33,407 nucleotides of DNA. Origin: Basidioascus undulatus. Taxonomy: Eukaryota. The stretch covers positions 1 to 33,407 of the forward strand of contig JTLS01000274.1 in NCBI GenBank assembly GCA_000826855.1. The letters run 5' to 3'. Below the pieces are notes generated by a model. That model did no database searches. It was not told where the DNA came from and saw only the letters and a list, made by a program, of their open reading frames with translations. Made by a program: the position numbers and the translations under genes. This document shows positions 22,172 through 33,407 of the stretch, one piece after another. How positions within the stretch are numbered: the stretch's first letter is position 1; the number at the start of each line of letters is the position of its first letter.

Positions 22172-23278
22172 TTACACCATCTCCCCCGGCATGCTCGAGC
22201 ACCGCACGGCGAAGGTCAATCCCGCACCGCGTCGACAGGCATGCTGCCGTGCGGGCCTACGCGAGCGAAGGTTGGCCAGGCGGTGCCTTGGAACTCGATG
22301 GGGATCACCTGTGTGTTTTGGCCTGGGGGAAGTGTCGCCGGATATTTTCCCTCCAGGGACCTCGGGCAGGGGCGCGAATATGCACTCCATGGTGCGTGCA
22401 TCGTAGTCGCTTCTGTTTCGCAAAAGCATGCGAGCATCGCGCTTAGTCAGTGGCACGGAAAACCGGTTCGGGGGGAGAGCGGTTAGTCGACCGTTCGCAC
22501 AAGACGAGGGCGATAGACCCTTTTGGTAGGGCGCTCATATACCCAGGAATGGAAGCCATGGGCGTCCCAACCTGCAGTGGACCTCTTCATCAAACATCGA
22601 CTGCTTAGCGAATATGCTGTAAGACGTAAGACTCACCTGCACGTAATGCCCCTCACTCGCCTCCCACCAGCTGTCCCGGTCAGCTTGGCAGATCTCACAA
22701 TTCTTGAAGGGCGCGACCAACCGCTTCGCCGAAAGGGCGGGGAAATGTCGGGACACCCGAGGAGCTGGACGAGCGTAGCGAGATCGCAGTTGAAAGCGCT
22801 GAGGAAGTCGAGAATGCGCTCGTGGATGGGCTGCATGCCGGGTTCGAAGAGGAAAAAACTCGGCCTGATGCTGCTGAGTCTCATATCTAAGACTATGTCG
22901 CAAATCCCAGGAAGCGATGGCGGCGAAGGGAACGTGGATGGCATGAGATGGATTGCTGCTCAATATGCGAAGATGTGCTTGAGACCCTTGACATTTGAAG
23001 GCAGGGGTAGCAAGCAAGCGGTCAGGGTTTTTTTTTTTTTTTTGGGGGGGNGGGGAGAGGGGCGTGCGCTCGTTCCAACACAGCATAACAGTACTAGGTA
23101 TTTGCGGCAGCAGGTCAATCCGACACTTCGATGCCTGTGGGGACTGCGGCCTAGTACCCATGCTGCTGTTGTGGGTACGGCGGTAACTCGTTGACGGTCA
23201 CGCGAAGTTGCCAGCGCCATGGGGTGTGTTCATCGTATCGCGAAAGTGGTATACAAGCGTCAACCTGGGTAAGGGACA
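22172..23278 (-). pseudogene. Possible decayed orphan gene
   Basis: Minus-strand splice signals (GTGAGT donor near 22636; CTGCAG and AACAG acceptors) link protein-like stretches that switch frame (ILDFLSAFNCDLATLVQLLGCP / FKNCEICQADRDSWWE). No family recognised. An N at 23051 lies inside a homopolymer. Confidence 0.25.
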
Positions 23279-23429
23279 TCGCGAGAAAAGACGTGTGATA
23301 AGTGAGAACAGCAGCAGGAGCAGCAGGAGCAGCAGCGAGAGCGACCCTCTTCACCCCGCGCATCTGTCAGGACTGACCACCCCCAATTGATGGGAGAAAC
23401 GACACAACACACCTCAGCGCCCCCTATCC

Positions 23430-24612
23430 TCACGGCCCGCCCTTATTCCTCACAAAGTACTCCTCAGGCGTGAAGAACGGGATCCCGATCCTGCGCGCAA
23501 AGCCCTTGTCCGAGTCCGAGTGGTCGCCGCTCCGCCCCGCCGCATCCCCAACATAGAACGAGCCCTCCATATCTTCTCTCTCTCCCTCCAACCCTCAGCG
23601 TCGTTGCGTAATGTCGAGAGGGAGGAGCGGAGAGACGCACCGATCTCGATCGACGGCGATGCGTCCTCGCACAGCCCCGCGAGGTGGTCCCACATGCCCG
23701 TGTTCGGCTTGCGGTACTCGTCCTTGTTGATTGCGGCGAGGGCGAAGAGCGGGACGTCGCCGAGCTGCGGAAGGCGTCAGCAAGGTTGTTATGAATGTTG
23801 GGATAGATAAGCGCGAGGGAGGACGAACGTCGCAGGCGATGAGCGGGATCTTGCGACGCCATTCGTCAAGCTTCTTGGGCTGTTTGATGTAGTTCTGGTT
23901 GGAAATGATCACAACGGTGCACCTGCGCAAGTGGAAGAGCGTCAGGTAAGCAAATGTAATCACCCCTGTTGCAGAGGGTCGGTCACTGTTCGCTCGCGCC
24001 GTCGTATCCGCCTCAAGAATGAAACCCTTCCTAGCACACCAAGTTCAAGCAACGTAAAACTCCCCCTCACCCCTTCTCATGCGCCTCCCTCAACCGCCTC
24101 TTGACCGCCGCTCCCCCGTCCTTGCCCCACCACTTCCAGTCCCTCTCGTCCTTCGGGAAGCGCGCGCCGCTCTTGGGCGTGATGAGCGTGCCGTCGAGGT
24201 CGAAGCATGCGAGCTTCGCGCGGAGCGGCGGGGAGAGGTAGCTGCCGTAGATGAGCGTCGGGGGCGAGGGGAGCCACTCGAGCTTGGAACGAGGGATTGC
24301 GACGGAGGTGGACGTCGTGGAGGTGGTGGTGCTGGTGGAGAGGGAGCTGCCGGTGGAGAGGGAGCTGCCGGTGGAGAGGGAGCTGCCGGTGGAGACGGCG
24401 GTACTCGTCGTCTTCGTTGACTGCTTGATGAACATGGGGTGAACTGGGGGTATGGGTGTCAGCTTGGAGGAGGCGGAGAGAGGGAAGGAGAGAGCACTGG
24501 TCTTGGGTATCTTGGCCGCCTTCATGCTGCTGCTCGAGCTTGAGTCCTTCTTGGGGCTCTCGATGTCGATGTGGTTGCGCTTAGAGACAGGCTTGTTCGT
24601 CGGCGAGGACAT
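23430..24612 (-). CDS. DNA 3'-phosphatase (PNKP/Pnk1/Tpp1-type HAD domain), no kinase domain visible
   Basis: Motifs: [11 protein letters not shown] (HAD motif I), DWKWW, VVIISNQ (II), YRKPNTGMW (III), [19 protein letters not shown] (IV), FFTPEEYF. The exact 3' end is uncertain: TGA at 23430, or a further intron at GTGAGG. Confidence 0.9.
24334..24395. repeat. Coding 18-bp minisatellite (3.4 copies) encoding STGSSL repeats
   Basis: GGTGGAGAGGGAGCTGCC x3 plus GGTGGAGA, in the low-complexity N-terminus of the phosphatase. Confidence 0.92.
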
Positions 24613-26006
24613 GACGCTGATTGTGTGAGTCGTGCGGGTTGGGCGGGGGTGACGGAGAGCGTCGTGGGATGAGGGCAACCTGGACGGGGTCATCTTGATT
24701 CTTGCATTGACGCGTCTAGGTCGCGTCGCAGCGCGTCGTCCGCCAAATTAATGTGGCCTACCCTTGTCTCCTATAGCGACCTGGCTGTTTTCCTGGTACT
24801 CATAAAACTAACCTTTGGAAACAATATAACGCCCTCGCTTAGCGTTGAGCAAGGTCACAGTCTGAAGAGTCGATCCTGCTCCTCAGCCCAGGGTACGACA
24901 TTGGACGCCAAATGCTGCCACTTACGAAATTAATTTAGTTCTCGATACAAGGCTGAAAAAGTAACCCTGCGACGGCGCATGTAGCTCCGCCAGTCTTTCC
25001 AGCGCCTCCAGCTCGCAAATGCCACATGACGAGCGACGGCTTGAAACCGGCCAACATACGGCCTCCTGTCAGGATTTAGGTAGCATGTGCTCTTGATTTT
25101 CTCATGGAAAATATACTCTCACGAAGGCCACCCTCACGAAGGCCAACTGCGCACTTACGGTGAAGCAATGCAGGTAGGTAGCATCGTCTCCAACTGGGTC
25201 CGTCAAGGGCCCAAAAGGGGGGCTTGGCACTGTGCAGGTGTCCCATTCTTCTGTAAAAATTCCTTAGACTGAAGGGTATTCGAATCTCCGAGCTTGCTGC
25301 TCTCGCAGCCACGGCGGGATGCCGCCGTATGGCATGAAAGGCTGCGCAGTGGCAGGCAGCCAAGTAGCTCGCTTTCGCTTTGCACCTGGCCAATAATGTC
25401 CACGAATCTAAAGCTATTCTTTTACACCACCTTAGTAGGAGGTATTCTGAACTCACAGCTGAGGAGTAACTTTCTCCGGGCGTGCTTCCGGAGCCCATCC
25501 GCGTCAGTGTGGACATCGCGCACTTCTTGTGGTTTGCGTTCAGCCTTCCATTTTCAAGTTTAATTATATATCCATGGCTTCTAACAGGCTTTTAAGGCTC
25601 TCTTCTAGGGCAGCCGTCTGTGCTTCCACGCCGATTGTTGCAGCAAATTCCCACAGGCAGGAAACCTTAAACCCGGTCGGAGTGCTGTATTCGATGTCAA
25701 GTTCTGTTCAACCTCCAGTTTAAGCACTGAGATTGTAAAGGGTCCGAGGAAAAGTGAATCTCACTATACCAAGTTAGTTTTACCGTACACATACTGTCCC
25801 AGCAGGCGAGTGCCGGCGAAACTAGCAGTACGGCAGTGCCATCAGATCATATGGCGTTAACCAACCTCGCAGTTTGACCAATGACGGCTTTGTACAAAAC
25901 GGGGTTTCCGAATCTACTACTAATTTCCTGCAATATAATGCACTCGACAGCACTCGACAGCACGCAGTGTATTTAAAGTGTGAAGCGAGCGGCTCAAACG
26001 CATAGC

Positions 26007-27308
26007 TCAACAGCCCTCAACCTCAGGTCCAGGTAGGTACATAACCGCATCATACGTGTGTGACTTGTCTGGGTAAAAGTACTTGTGCTGGGGCCAATCC
26101 CTTCTCGACCGCGCCGGATCCATTAGCGCTCCCTGTATCCGTTGCCAGCACTCCGCTGTAAAGTCGAAGACGTACGCTCTCTGGTACTCCGAGGAACAAT
26201 ATCGCATACCGTGGCACCTTCCACAGCGGTGCGGCCCGTCCTTCTTGCACTTGGGCAAGCTACAAATTTGACCCTTGCAGACGAGCCGGATCAGGTAATC
26301 CCATGCCTTGGCGATGAACGGGTCCGGGGTGGAGGATAGTAACTCCGCCTGGGTCAGGGCCATGTGCGTTTTGACGGCGTATACGCGCGGCGAGACGTCC
26401 GTGCTGCGTGGGGGACCGAATATTCGCGGAGAGCGAGGTCGTGGAGAAGATACTGGTTCATCGCTTCGAGGAGACAGCGGTAGGCCGCTGCGGAGCATGC
26501 GGAAGGGGGGGATAGGTTCAGGGGAATCAGCCGAAAACATCGACCAGTGAGGGTGGCTGGAAGGTATGTAACTGTTCCTTACTCACGGTGGTACAATGTT
26601 GGCACTTTGGAGATGTGGACACCGAGCCCGCTCAGCACTTGCCAGAGGCCGGTGTCGATCCACCTTCTCATCACGACCCTTTATCACACCCAATTGATGC
26701 GTTGCCTGAATAAAGTGAGTATCCCGAACGAACCTATCGCCGTGCACAACGTCGATCGCACCTGTCATAGCCATCAACCCGGGCAACAGGACCCTGTTTC
26801 GGGGACCGCCTGCATAAGGGGGCGACTCAAGCTCGTCGACGAGCGCCTCGAGCACACCGTTGGCCACCGCGCTCCGGCATCCCAACAGCACGGTAATGCA
26901 CATGAACGCGTACGCCCAATGGGGAAGGGCGCCCTGTTTACGGGTCCAATAATCAGACTGCCCGTATATCGCCACATTCCACAGACCTCAAGAGGCTCAC
27001 CGTCGCTCCCGTCAGGGTCGAGTGCTGTGCATCAAAGAAACGCTCCATGAGCGGACGGAAGATGCCGAGGCGCTGGAATATATCTGCAGATACCAACCCA
27101 TATCAGCACCGCCTCGCCACCAATTTGCATTGAATGGGCACACCGGTCCGTTCTGGTAAGTAAGTGCGGCGTGAACCGGCGCGAGGACGTCGAAGTCGTC
27201 TTTGTCGGGACGCAGCGCGCAGAGTTGCAGCACCGTGCCTGCCGCATCGATGAGAGCGCCTGCTGCCTAAGCTTGCCAGAGTGGGTCGGCGTGCCACCAG
27301 TCTTTCAT
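26007..27308 (-). pseudogene. MYND zinc-finger protein, degenerate; may extend upstream to ~27850
   Basis: CSLPKC..CGRC..RYCSSE[Y]QRA|DWPQHKYF[Y] follows the MYND consensus with two ligand Cys replaced by Tyr (26184-26186, 26073-26075). In-frame TAG at 27267-27269, and frame switches between protein-like upstream segments. Confidence 0.65.
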
Positions 27309-27999
27309 GTTGATCTTAATAAGTAAAGGTGAGGGCTGAGAGAGAGAGGGTATGAGAGCACTCCCGGATCTATTGCGAGCAGGTGGTGGTGGTGAGAGCG
27401 GAGCAAGCTACACTGTCGACGTAGATGCACCTGCAGTAATTAGAGTTCCGGTCGGCCTACAAGATGTTGTAATTCCCTGGCCCATGGTCGACTCTTTGAG
27501 AATAGCATCCGGCATGCCATGCGGAGACTGCGGTCTGCAAGCAAGGTTGGTGCCGAAGGTGACCGGTCTCTTAAGCTGGCCCTACCATCTGCAGCTGTCT
27601 GCTGCCGTGTCGATACTTGCTTCTGTAATGTCCACTTTCTTGATGCCTTTATACACTCCAAGCCTCATAGATGTAAACGGGGCTGTCTCTCGCCTGAAGC
27701 CTTCTGACGTGTCATGATGACAACGGAGAGAACGTTGAAGTAAGACTCGGCGACAATGTTTACGTCTTCATGCCACCGTGATGCGGCAATTCCAGATCCC
27801 GATTTGTTTACATCGGGATGACAGGTGTCGTCAGATGGTGACCAGTCGATAAACAACTGCTCTCCGTGGCTGAGTGATCAACGCGGTTTGAAAGAGGATG
27901 AACACACATGAATGAGCTGACAACGATTGTACAAGATCCGTCCACCCCCAGTCAACATTTCTATGCAATGCAGAAGACTCTTCCAACCGCGTCTCCCAT

Positions 28000-30900
28000 T
28001 CACTCACTCCCCTCCGCCTCCGCACCCATCCGCCCAAGCATCTCCTTGAGCACCCCCTTGACGTCCACCTCCTCCCGCCCAAACTCGACGGCGTGCAAGT
28101 CCCACGCGACGAACCTGCGCGCGACCTCTTCCGCAAGCGTGAGCTCGTGCGCCTGCACGGGCGTCAGCGCCTCGTCCTGCAACTCACGGAGCTCGTAGCG
28201 CGCGAGGAGGTCGCTGAGTGATGGCGATAGTGGGCGGGTCAGTCAAATGCTCGAGGCGATTACTGTCTTTCAATGCGAACGAGGAATAGAGGGAGACGAA
28301 CGTGACGACCCGGCCGCGGTCGACCACGCGCTGCGGGACGCCGACGGTGAGCGCGCAGAAGGCCGCATGCGAGTCGAGGGACAGCGAGGGGGTGAACCTG
28401 AAGAACAAAGCGATCAGTCTGGCTGCTCTTGGTTGAGATAATACGGCAAGCGACGTACTTGTACAGGTACGTGATCGACTCGTTCCTCGCTGGCTCGCCG
28501 CCCTTCCCTGCGGGCTGGCGCACTTCGCGCGTGATAATGATTTCCATGTGTGCAAAAGTGATCGGCAGCGTCTGGGAGATGAGATCGTTCGAGAAGAGCT
28601 CTGGTCGTGAGTCGAAGTTGTTTCAGCAGTCAGCTCTACAACTGGACGGCTAGGTGCACGGGCCCTGGTCATGGCGTACCGTGAAAGTGCGTCGTAGCGA
28701 TGACTTTCGGGCACTCCGCCCCGCGCTCGAGCAGGTGTTGCACCGTCGCAGCGAAGAGGCCCGCCCCATCTGACGGTTATCCCCATCCCACAACTCAGCC
28801 AATTCTCGCTAGCGGGTGTCTGAATGCGTCTCAAAAGGCGTACCGCCCGACACAGTGCCCTTCCCGAACTCGTCCATCAGAAATAGCGAGCGGGCCGTAG
28901 CATTCCGCACGGCGAGCGAGACTTGCGCGACGTCGATCATGAACGCGGATTGCATCTGTGGAACGGTGGGCCAAAGCGTTAGTACGTTCGCCCTCCGAAA
29001 TATCCAAGTTGAACCAAGGGTGGACCAACCCGAGAGACCGACTCCTCAGTCTGGATGCGAGTGAATACTGCACACAGCGTCACCAGCCTTCAGCATACGG
29101 AAATCGGCCCATCCATCTAGAGGCGGCAGAAGCGCTCACGTTTATCTACCAGCCCGATCCTCGCATATTCTGCGGGCACGAAGCACCCGATCTGGGCCAT
29201 ATACACAATGAGCGCGACCTTCCTCCAGCAGCAGTCAGCTACACGCCGCGGAGCATGAACAGCGCACGACACGCGCAACGAACCTGCTTGAGGTACACGC
29301 TCTTCCCGCACGCGTTCGCGCCCGTGAGGACGATGATGCTGTTCAGCTCCTCCCCTTGCTCCTGCTCCTGCTTCTGCTCCTCGCCGTCCGCGGTCCCACC
29401 CACGCCGATGCCCCGGCCGCCGGCGAGGAGGGTGTCGTTGGGGACGAAAGCGGGGACGCAGAGCTCTTGGAGGGGATGCCTTTGCGGTGCAAGGAAGGGT
29501 CTTATCAGTACCGAGTTGACAGATTAGCGCATGACACCGCTCAGACGCACCGGCCATTGACGATCTGTAGGACGTTCTCCTCCGTCAAAGTCGGGCGCCG
29601 AAAGTCGTACGCCCGGCTGACAGCGGCGAAAGCGAGAAGCCTGCCCAGCCGACTTCCATGGATTGGTTCCCAATACCAGGAAGGAAGGGCCAGAGGGTAA
29701 AGGGGAATTCACGCACACGTCCAGCTCCGCGCACAGTTCCGCGATCCGCGTCAGGAGCGCCTCGAACTCGAGTACGCGCTTGCCGAGCTTGTGGAGGAGC
29801 TCGGTCTCGCGGTCTGTGTCGGGGAAGGTGGCAAGTATCAGCGATGGCTTTGTCAGGCCGGAAGGCCGGCGAGCAAGACACGTACCAGCTATGGCGCTGG
29901 AAAGGTCCCCGATATGGCGGTCTGCCAGTCAACGGTTTTCCGAACTGGTCAGCAACATAGAGAGAGAAGAAGGGAGTGGAGACGGACGAACCGAGTTCGT
30001 GCATCTTCTGCGACTTGAAGTAGAATGTCTAGCGGCCCATCTACGCTTCGCTCAGTAAACGTCAATCCCTTCCCCTCTGCATGGCAATACGCACGTCCTC
30101 CGTAGCGAACTGCTCCGACCCGTCCCTCTATCAGCTCCCGTTCCATACATTCCCATGCCCTTGCGCAGAATATGACGCACCTGGAACTCCCACCCCTCCT
30201 CCCTTCCCACGCCCGCTGGGCCGTCCTCCCACTCACGCCACTCCTCCTTGATCCCGATCGCTGCCCACCCCCGAAAACCACAGCTTAAGCGTAAGAACCA
30301 TGCTCCCGCGAGTTTTGAGGAAGACGCAGGGCTGCATGCGTACCGAGGAGGTACCCCAGCTGCGGGAAGCATATGACGTTGAGCACAGACGCGACGTCGG
30401 GGTTCACTTCGGCGGAGATGGCGTAGGCGATGTTTGACTGCGCGCGTGCGCATACCCATCTGTGTTCTGCTAAGTATGTGTGATATCTCATCGGAGGATA
30501 AATAAAGCCACGCCGACGACGCACGAGCAAGCTGTCGAGCCCCGCATAGCGGTGCTTCAGCTCGTCTGAAGCGACACCACACCACAGCGTCAGCCACATC
30601 CCTTTTTTTTTTTTAATCTGACGCAGGAGGAAGAAGAAGGCGGAAGAGGAAGAGGGAAGAGGGAGGACACGCACCGAGCTGCTCGTCCACCCTCGGTCGG
30701 ACGCACACCTTGCGTTCAATCTTGGACTCGTCAAAGTCCACGACGGACGTTACGAGCGCGCCGACCTCCCTGCACGCCTCGGCGTCGATCGCCTCGAGGA
30801 GCTGAGAAATCCTTGGAGCGGTCAGAAAAGAGATGCAGATAGGGGTTTGAGATGGTGGACGCGACGCACAGTGTCGATGATCTCCACGCCGTGCCCGCGC

Positions 30901-32565
30901 GAGAGGTCCAGCGCCGCCTCGCGCAGGCGTATCGCATAGAGGGTGAACTGTCCCCCGGAAAAAAGAAGAGTTAGAATGCAACACGAACGACCCTCCGCGC
31001 CGCCCCACGCACATCCACGACCCCCCTCCACCCCCTCAGCGCGAACCGGCCCGCGCGGACCTGCCCCAGCGCGCGGTGGACGTTCCCGAGCTTGCCCAGG
31101 ATGGCGCGCATGGCGTCCACGAGCGGGGCGTTCTCGGCGCGAACGAAAGTCGCGAGTGCGTCGTGCCGCGCGGCGAGGAGCGCGAGGGAGCGCGAGGGCT
31201 GGACGAGCCACTGGCGCAGGAGCGGCTTGCCGAGGGGGGTGCGCGTTTGGGAGAGGATGCCTGCGGGGGAGGGGGTGAGAAGGAGGGAGGGCAAGGGAGA
31301 GGGGAGGGACGGACCGAAGAGGGAGAGGCCTTCTTTGGTGCGTTGGGCGTGGATCGACGCGTGCTCTTCGGGGTGGAAGACTTGGAGAGACCTGATATAC
31401 CGTCTCAGCATCAGCCATCCCAGGAGGTCGGGACACAAGAAACCTACGACAAGGCGTCCGCGTTAATCTGCATGATCTGATTGCTACCCTCCCTCCTCCC
31501 TCACGTCAGCCACGCCCCGCCCCTCTCCCAACGACCAGACTCACACCGCCCACGCCTCAACCCCAAGCACCTCCACGCCGTCCTCGTCCCCTCCGCGGCG
31601 GCGCATCACCCCCTCCCTCTCCGCCAGCTTCCTCCCGAGCCCGGCAACGAGCGCCCCCACCGCGCCGACGCTGAGCGGCGCGTCGTTCAGGTTGACCATC
31701 CCCGCCAGCCGGATCTCGTTCGCGGTCGCGTCCGCGTCGTGCGCTTGCGTGAAGCCGCCCGAGGAGGCGGAGGAGCGGGAGGAGATGGTTGGTGCGTGTG
31801 CTTCGGCGGCGAGGGGCGGGAGGCGCAGCGTCGAGAGCAGCCGCGTTTTGGATGGCCCCGGGAGGAACTCGCGCCACGGCCGGACGGAGAGCGTCGCGCG
31901 CGGGAGGGAGGTCCGAACTTCCGTGGGAAGTGGATGAGTGCGCGTGAGGGAAGGAGGACGGGGTGGGGGGAAGAATGACAACGCACTGAACTCCTGGATG
32001 GTCTCCGTGAGGCTCTCGGGGGTCTTGCTCGGGATGAGGATCACGTCTGGCTGGACTTGCTCGAGGACTGTGTGGGGTCGACGCAGGTCAGCGTGAGGCT
32101 TGCGTTGGTTTTAGTTGGGCGTGAGGAAGGGAGAGAAGGAAGACGCACTGGCCAGCGCGAGGTCGTGCGTGGCGGAGTCCATGCAGTCCTCCATCACGTA
32201 GATTTTCCTCCTGTTCGGATCATGGTGCGCTGCGCCGATCGAGCGCTTATGGACAGTCAGAGCGAGGAGGACCTGCGTTCCCTCCCATAAACGTCAGCCT
32301 GCCCTTCTCCCCTTCCCCGACGCGACCCCAAACGCACCTTCTCCTGCTCTTCCTCCTCCTCCTCCTCCTCCTCCTCCCCCTCCCCCTCCTCCAATTCCTC
32401 CGCCTGCGCCCCTCCAAAGCGGACGTGCCGGCTTCCCTCATCGGCAGAGGGCGAGGGCGACGCGGACGGGGAGGGCGAGAGGGAGGGCGTGCGCTTGCGT
32501 TTCTTGCGGTGGTGGACGATGTTGGAGTGCGCCGAGTGGCGCGAGAGCCCGGAGGCGGAGGACAT
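28000..32565 (-). CDS. MSH5: MutS homolog 5 (meiotic crossover factor); >20 exons, apparently intact
   Basis: Spliced: [67 protein letters not shown] (Walker A), [25 protein letters not shown] (Walker B), TTHFHEL, ITYLYK. All joins I traced are in frame. Confidence 0.95.
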
Positions 32566-32988
32566 GTGTGGGGTAGGCTATTGGAATGTGTATAAGAGGC
32601 GGGTGTATGCGTTTGGAGGGTGTGAGATGGTGAGGGTCGAAGGGCAAGATGCGATTTGGGTGAAAGTGCGAAATGACCGGACGCGACGGCGACACGAGGC
32701 GACGGCCCACTTTGGCTTCCGTCGTGTCCACGGGTTCTCTGCCGCAGATGAGCATCGTACCATCCGCAGGATAGATAAATAAGATGAAAGTATTGGATGT
32801 TTGTCAAAGTTACGATTTGAGAGCCCATCTCGCGATCATCATCGAGTTAAGTAGTGTATGCGTGTACGCGTTCTACAAATCTAGCAGCGTTCCTCGTCTC
32901 GCACAAAACAAATCATCATCAAACGCACCACGAACGTCCCATCAACCCACAACGTCCAGAAATCGTCCTCGCCCACCTCGCCCCCCGA

Positions 32989-33407
32989 CTAAGCACCCTG
33001 CTTCCCTCCCTCAGCCGCCTTCTTCCTCTCCAGCTCCGCCACCTCCTCCGCGGTGAGAAACCGCCCGCCTGGCCCGCGCGGCCGGCGGAGCGCGTGCCGA
33101 TGCCGGGACTCGTGGAGATATGGCTGGGGGGTGGGTGAGCTTGGAGAGGGAAAGGCAGGCGAAGGGAGAGGGAAGACACACCTTGCGCTCTTTGGATATC
33201 CGATTGAGCTCCTCGAGTCGTTGGCGCGCCTGTCGCCGCTTGAGGATGCGGTGGTACTGCTTTGCGTTGACGTACAGCGGCTCCTCGTCGGCGACACCAT
33301 CGTCCGCGTACTCGCCCTCCTCTCCCTCTCCCTCCCTCCCCCCATCTATCACATGCCACCTTCACCCTCTTCACCTCTCCCTCCGCTCCCCTCTCCCTCT
33401 CTTTCTT
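32989..33407 (-). CDS. HAP2: 3' end of CCAAT-binding factor subunit HAP2/HapB (NF-YA); starts beyond window
   Basis: EEPLYVNAKQYHRILKRRQARQRLEE..RK|PYLHESRHRHALRRPRGPGGRFLT. Intron 33124-33181; stop at 32989. Confidence 0.95.

Noticed and set aside
23027..23055. T-run/G-run with an N
   Set aside because: Homopolymer with an ambiguous base, probably intronic or an assembly uncertainty. ORFs crossing it are unreliable.
22172..23363. Candidate missing kinase half of PNKP
   Set aside because: No Walker A (G..GKS), NQD or DNTN motifs seen in any minus-strand frame.
24950..25750. Minus-strand ORF fragments with a GTAAGT donor-like site and a GGCCTTCGTGAG duplication
   Set aside because: Could be another relic gene, but no consistent exon chain or family motif could be built.
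1..33407. Prokaryotic-type systems (CRISPR arrays, operons) or a secondary-metabolite cluster
   Set aside because: Spliceosomal introns occur throughout, there is no repeat-spacer array and no PKS/NRPS/terpene synthase, and the neighbouring genes are functionally unrelated.

Overview
Intron-rich, mostly GC-rich fungal genomic DNA, basidiomycete-like (short GT-AG introns, CTRAC-type branch points, micro-exons). Most six-frame ORFs are therefore artefacts, and genes were rebuilt by eye from splice signals. Apparently intact genes: 3' end of a Sec9/SNAP-25-type t-SNARE, an NDUFA9-like NAD(P)-binding SDR, a PLP-dependent cystathionine gamma-synthase/lyase, a 146-aa Zn(II)2Cys6 protein with an Lsb1/Pin3-like Gly-rich tail, a two-RRM RNA-binding protein, tRNA-Lys(CTT), MIX17/CHCHD2, a stand-alone DNA 3'-phosphatase (PNKP/Tpp1 HAD), MSH5, and the 3' end of HAP2/NF-YA. 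Between them lie at least three decayed genes that the ORF track does not reveal as genes: a secreted RNase T2, a LOV-domain blue-light photoreceptor and a MYND-finger protein. There is also a CpG-poor ~1.75 kb element with inverted subterminal GTCAA/TTGAC arrays. All family calls come from motif recognition; no database search was run.
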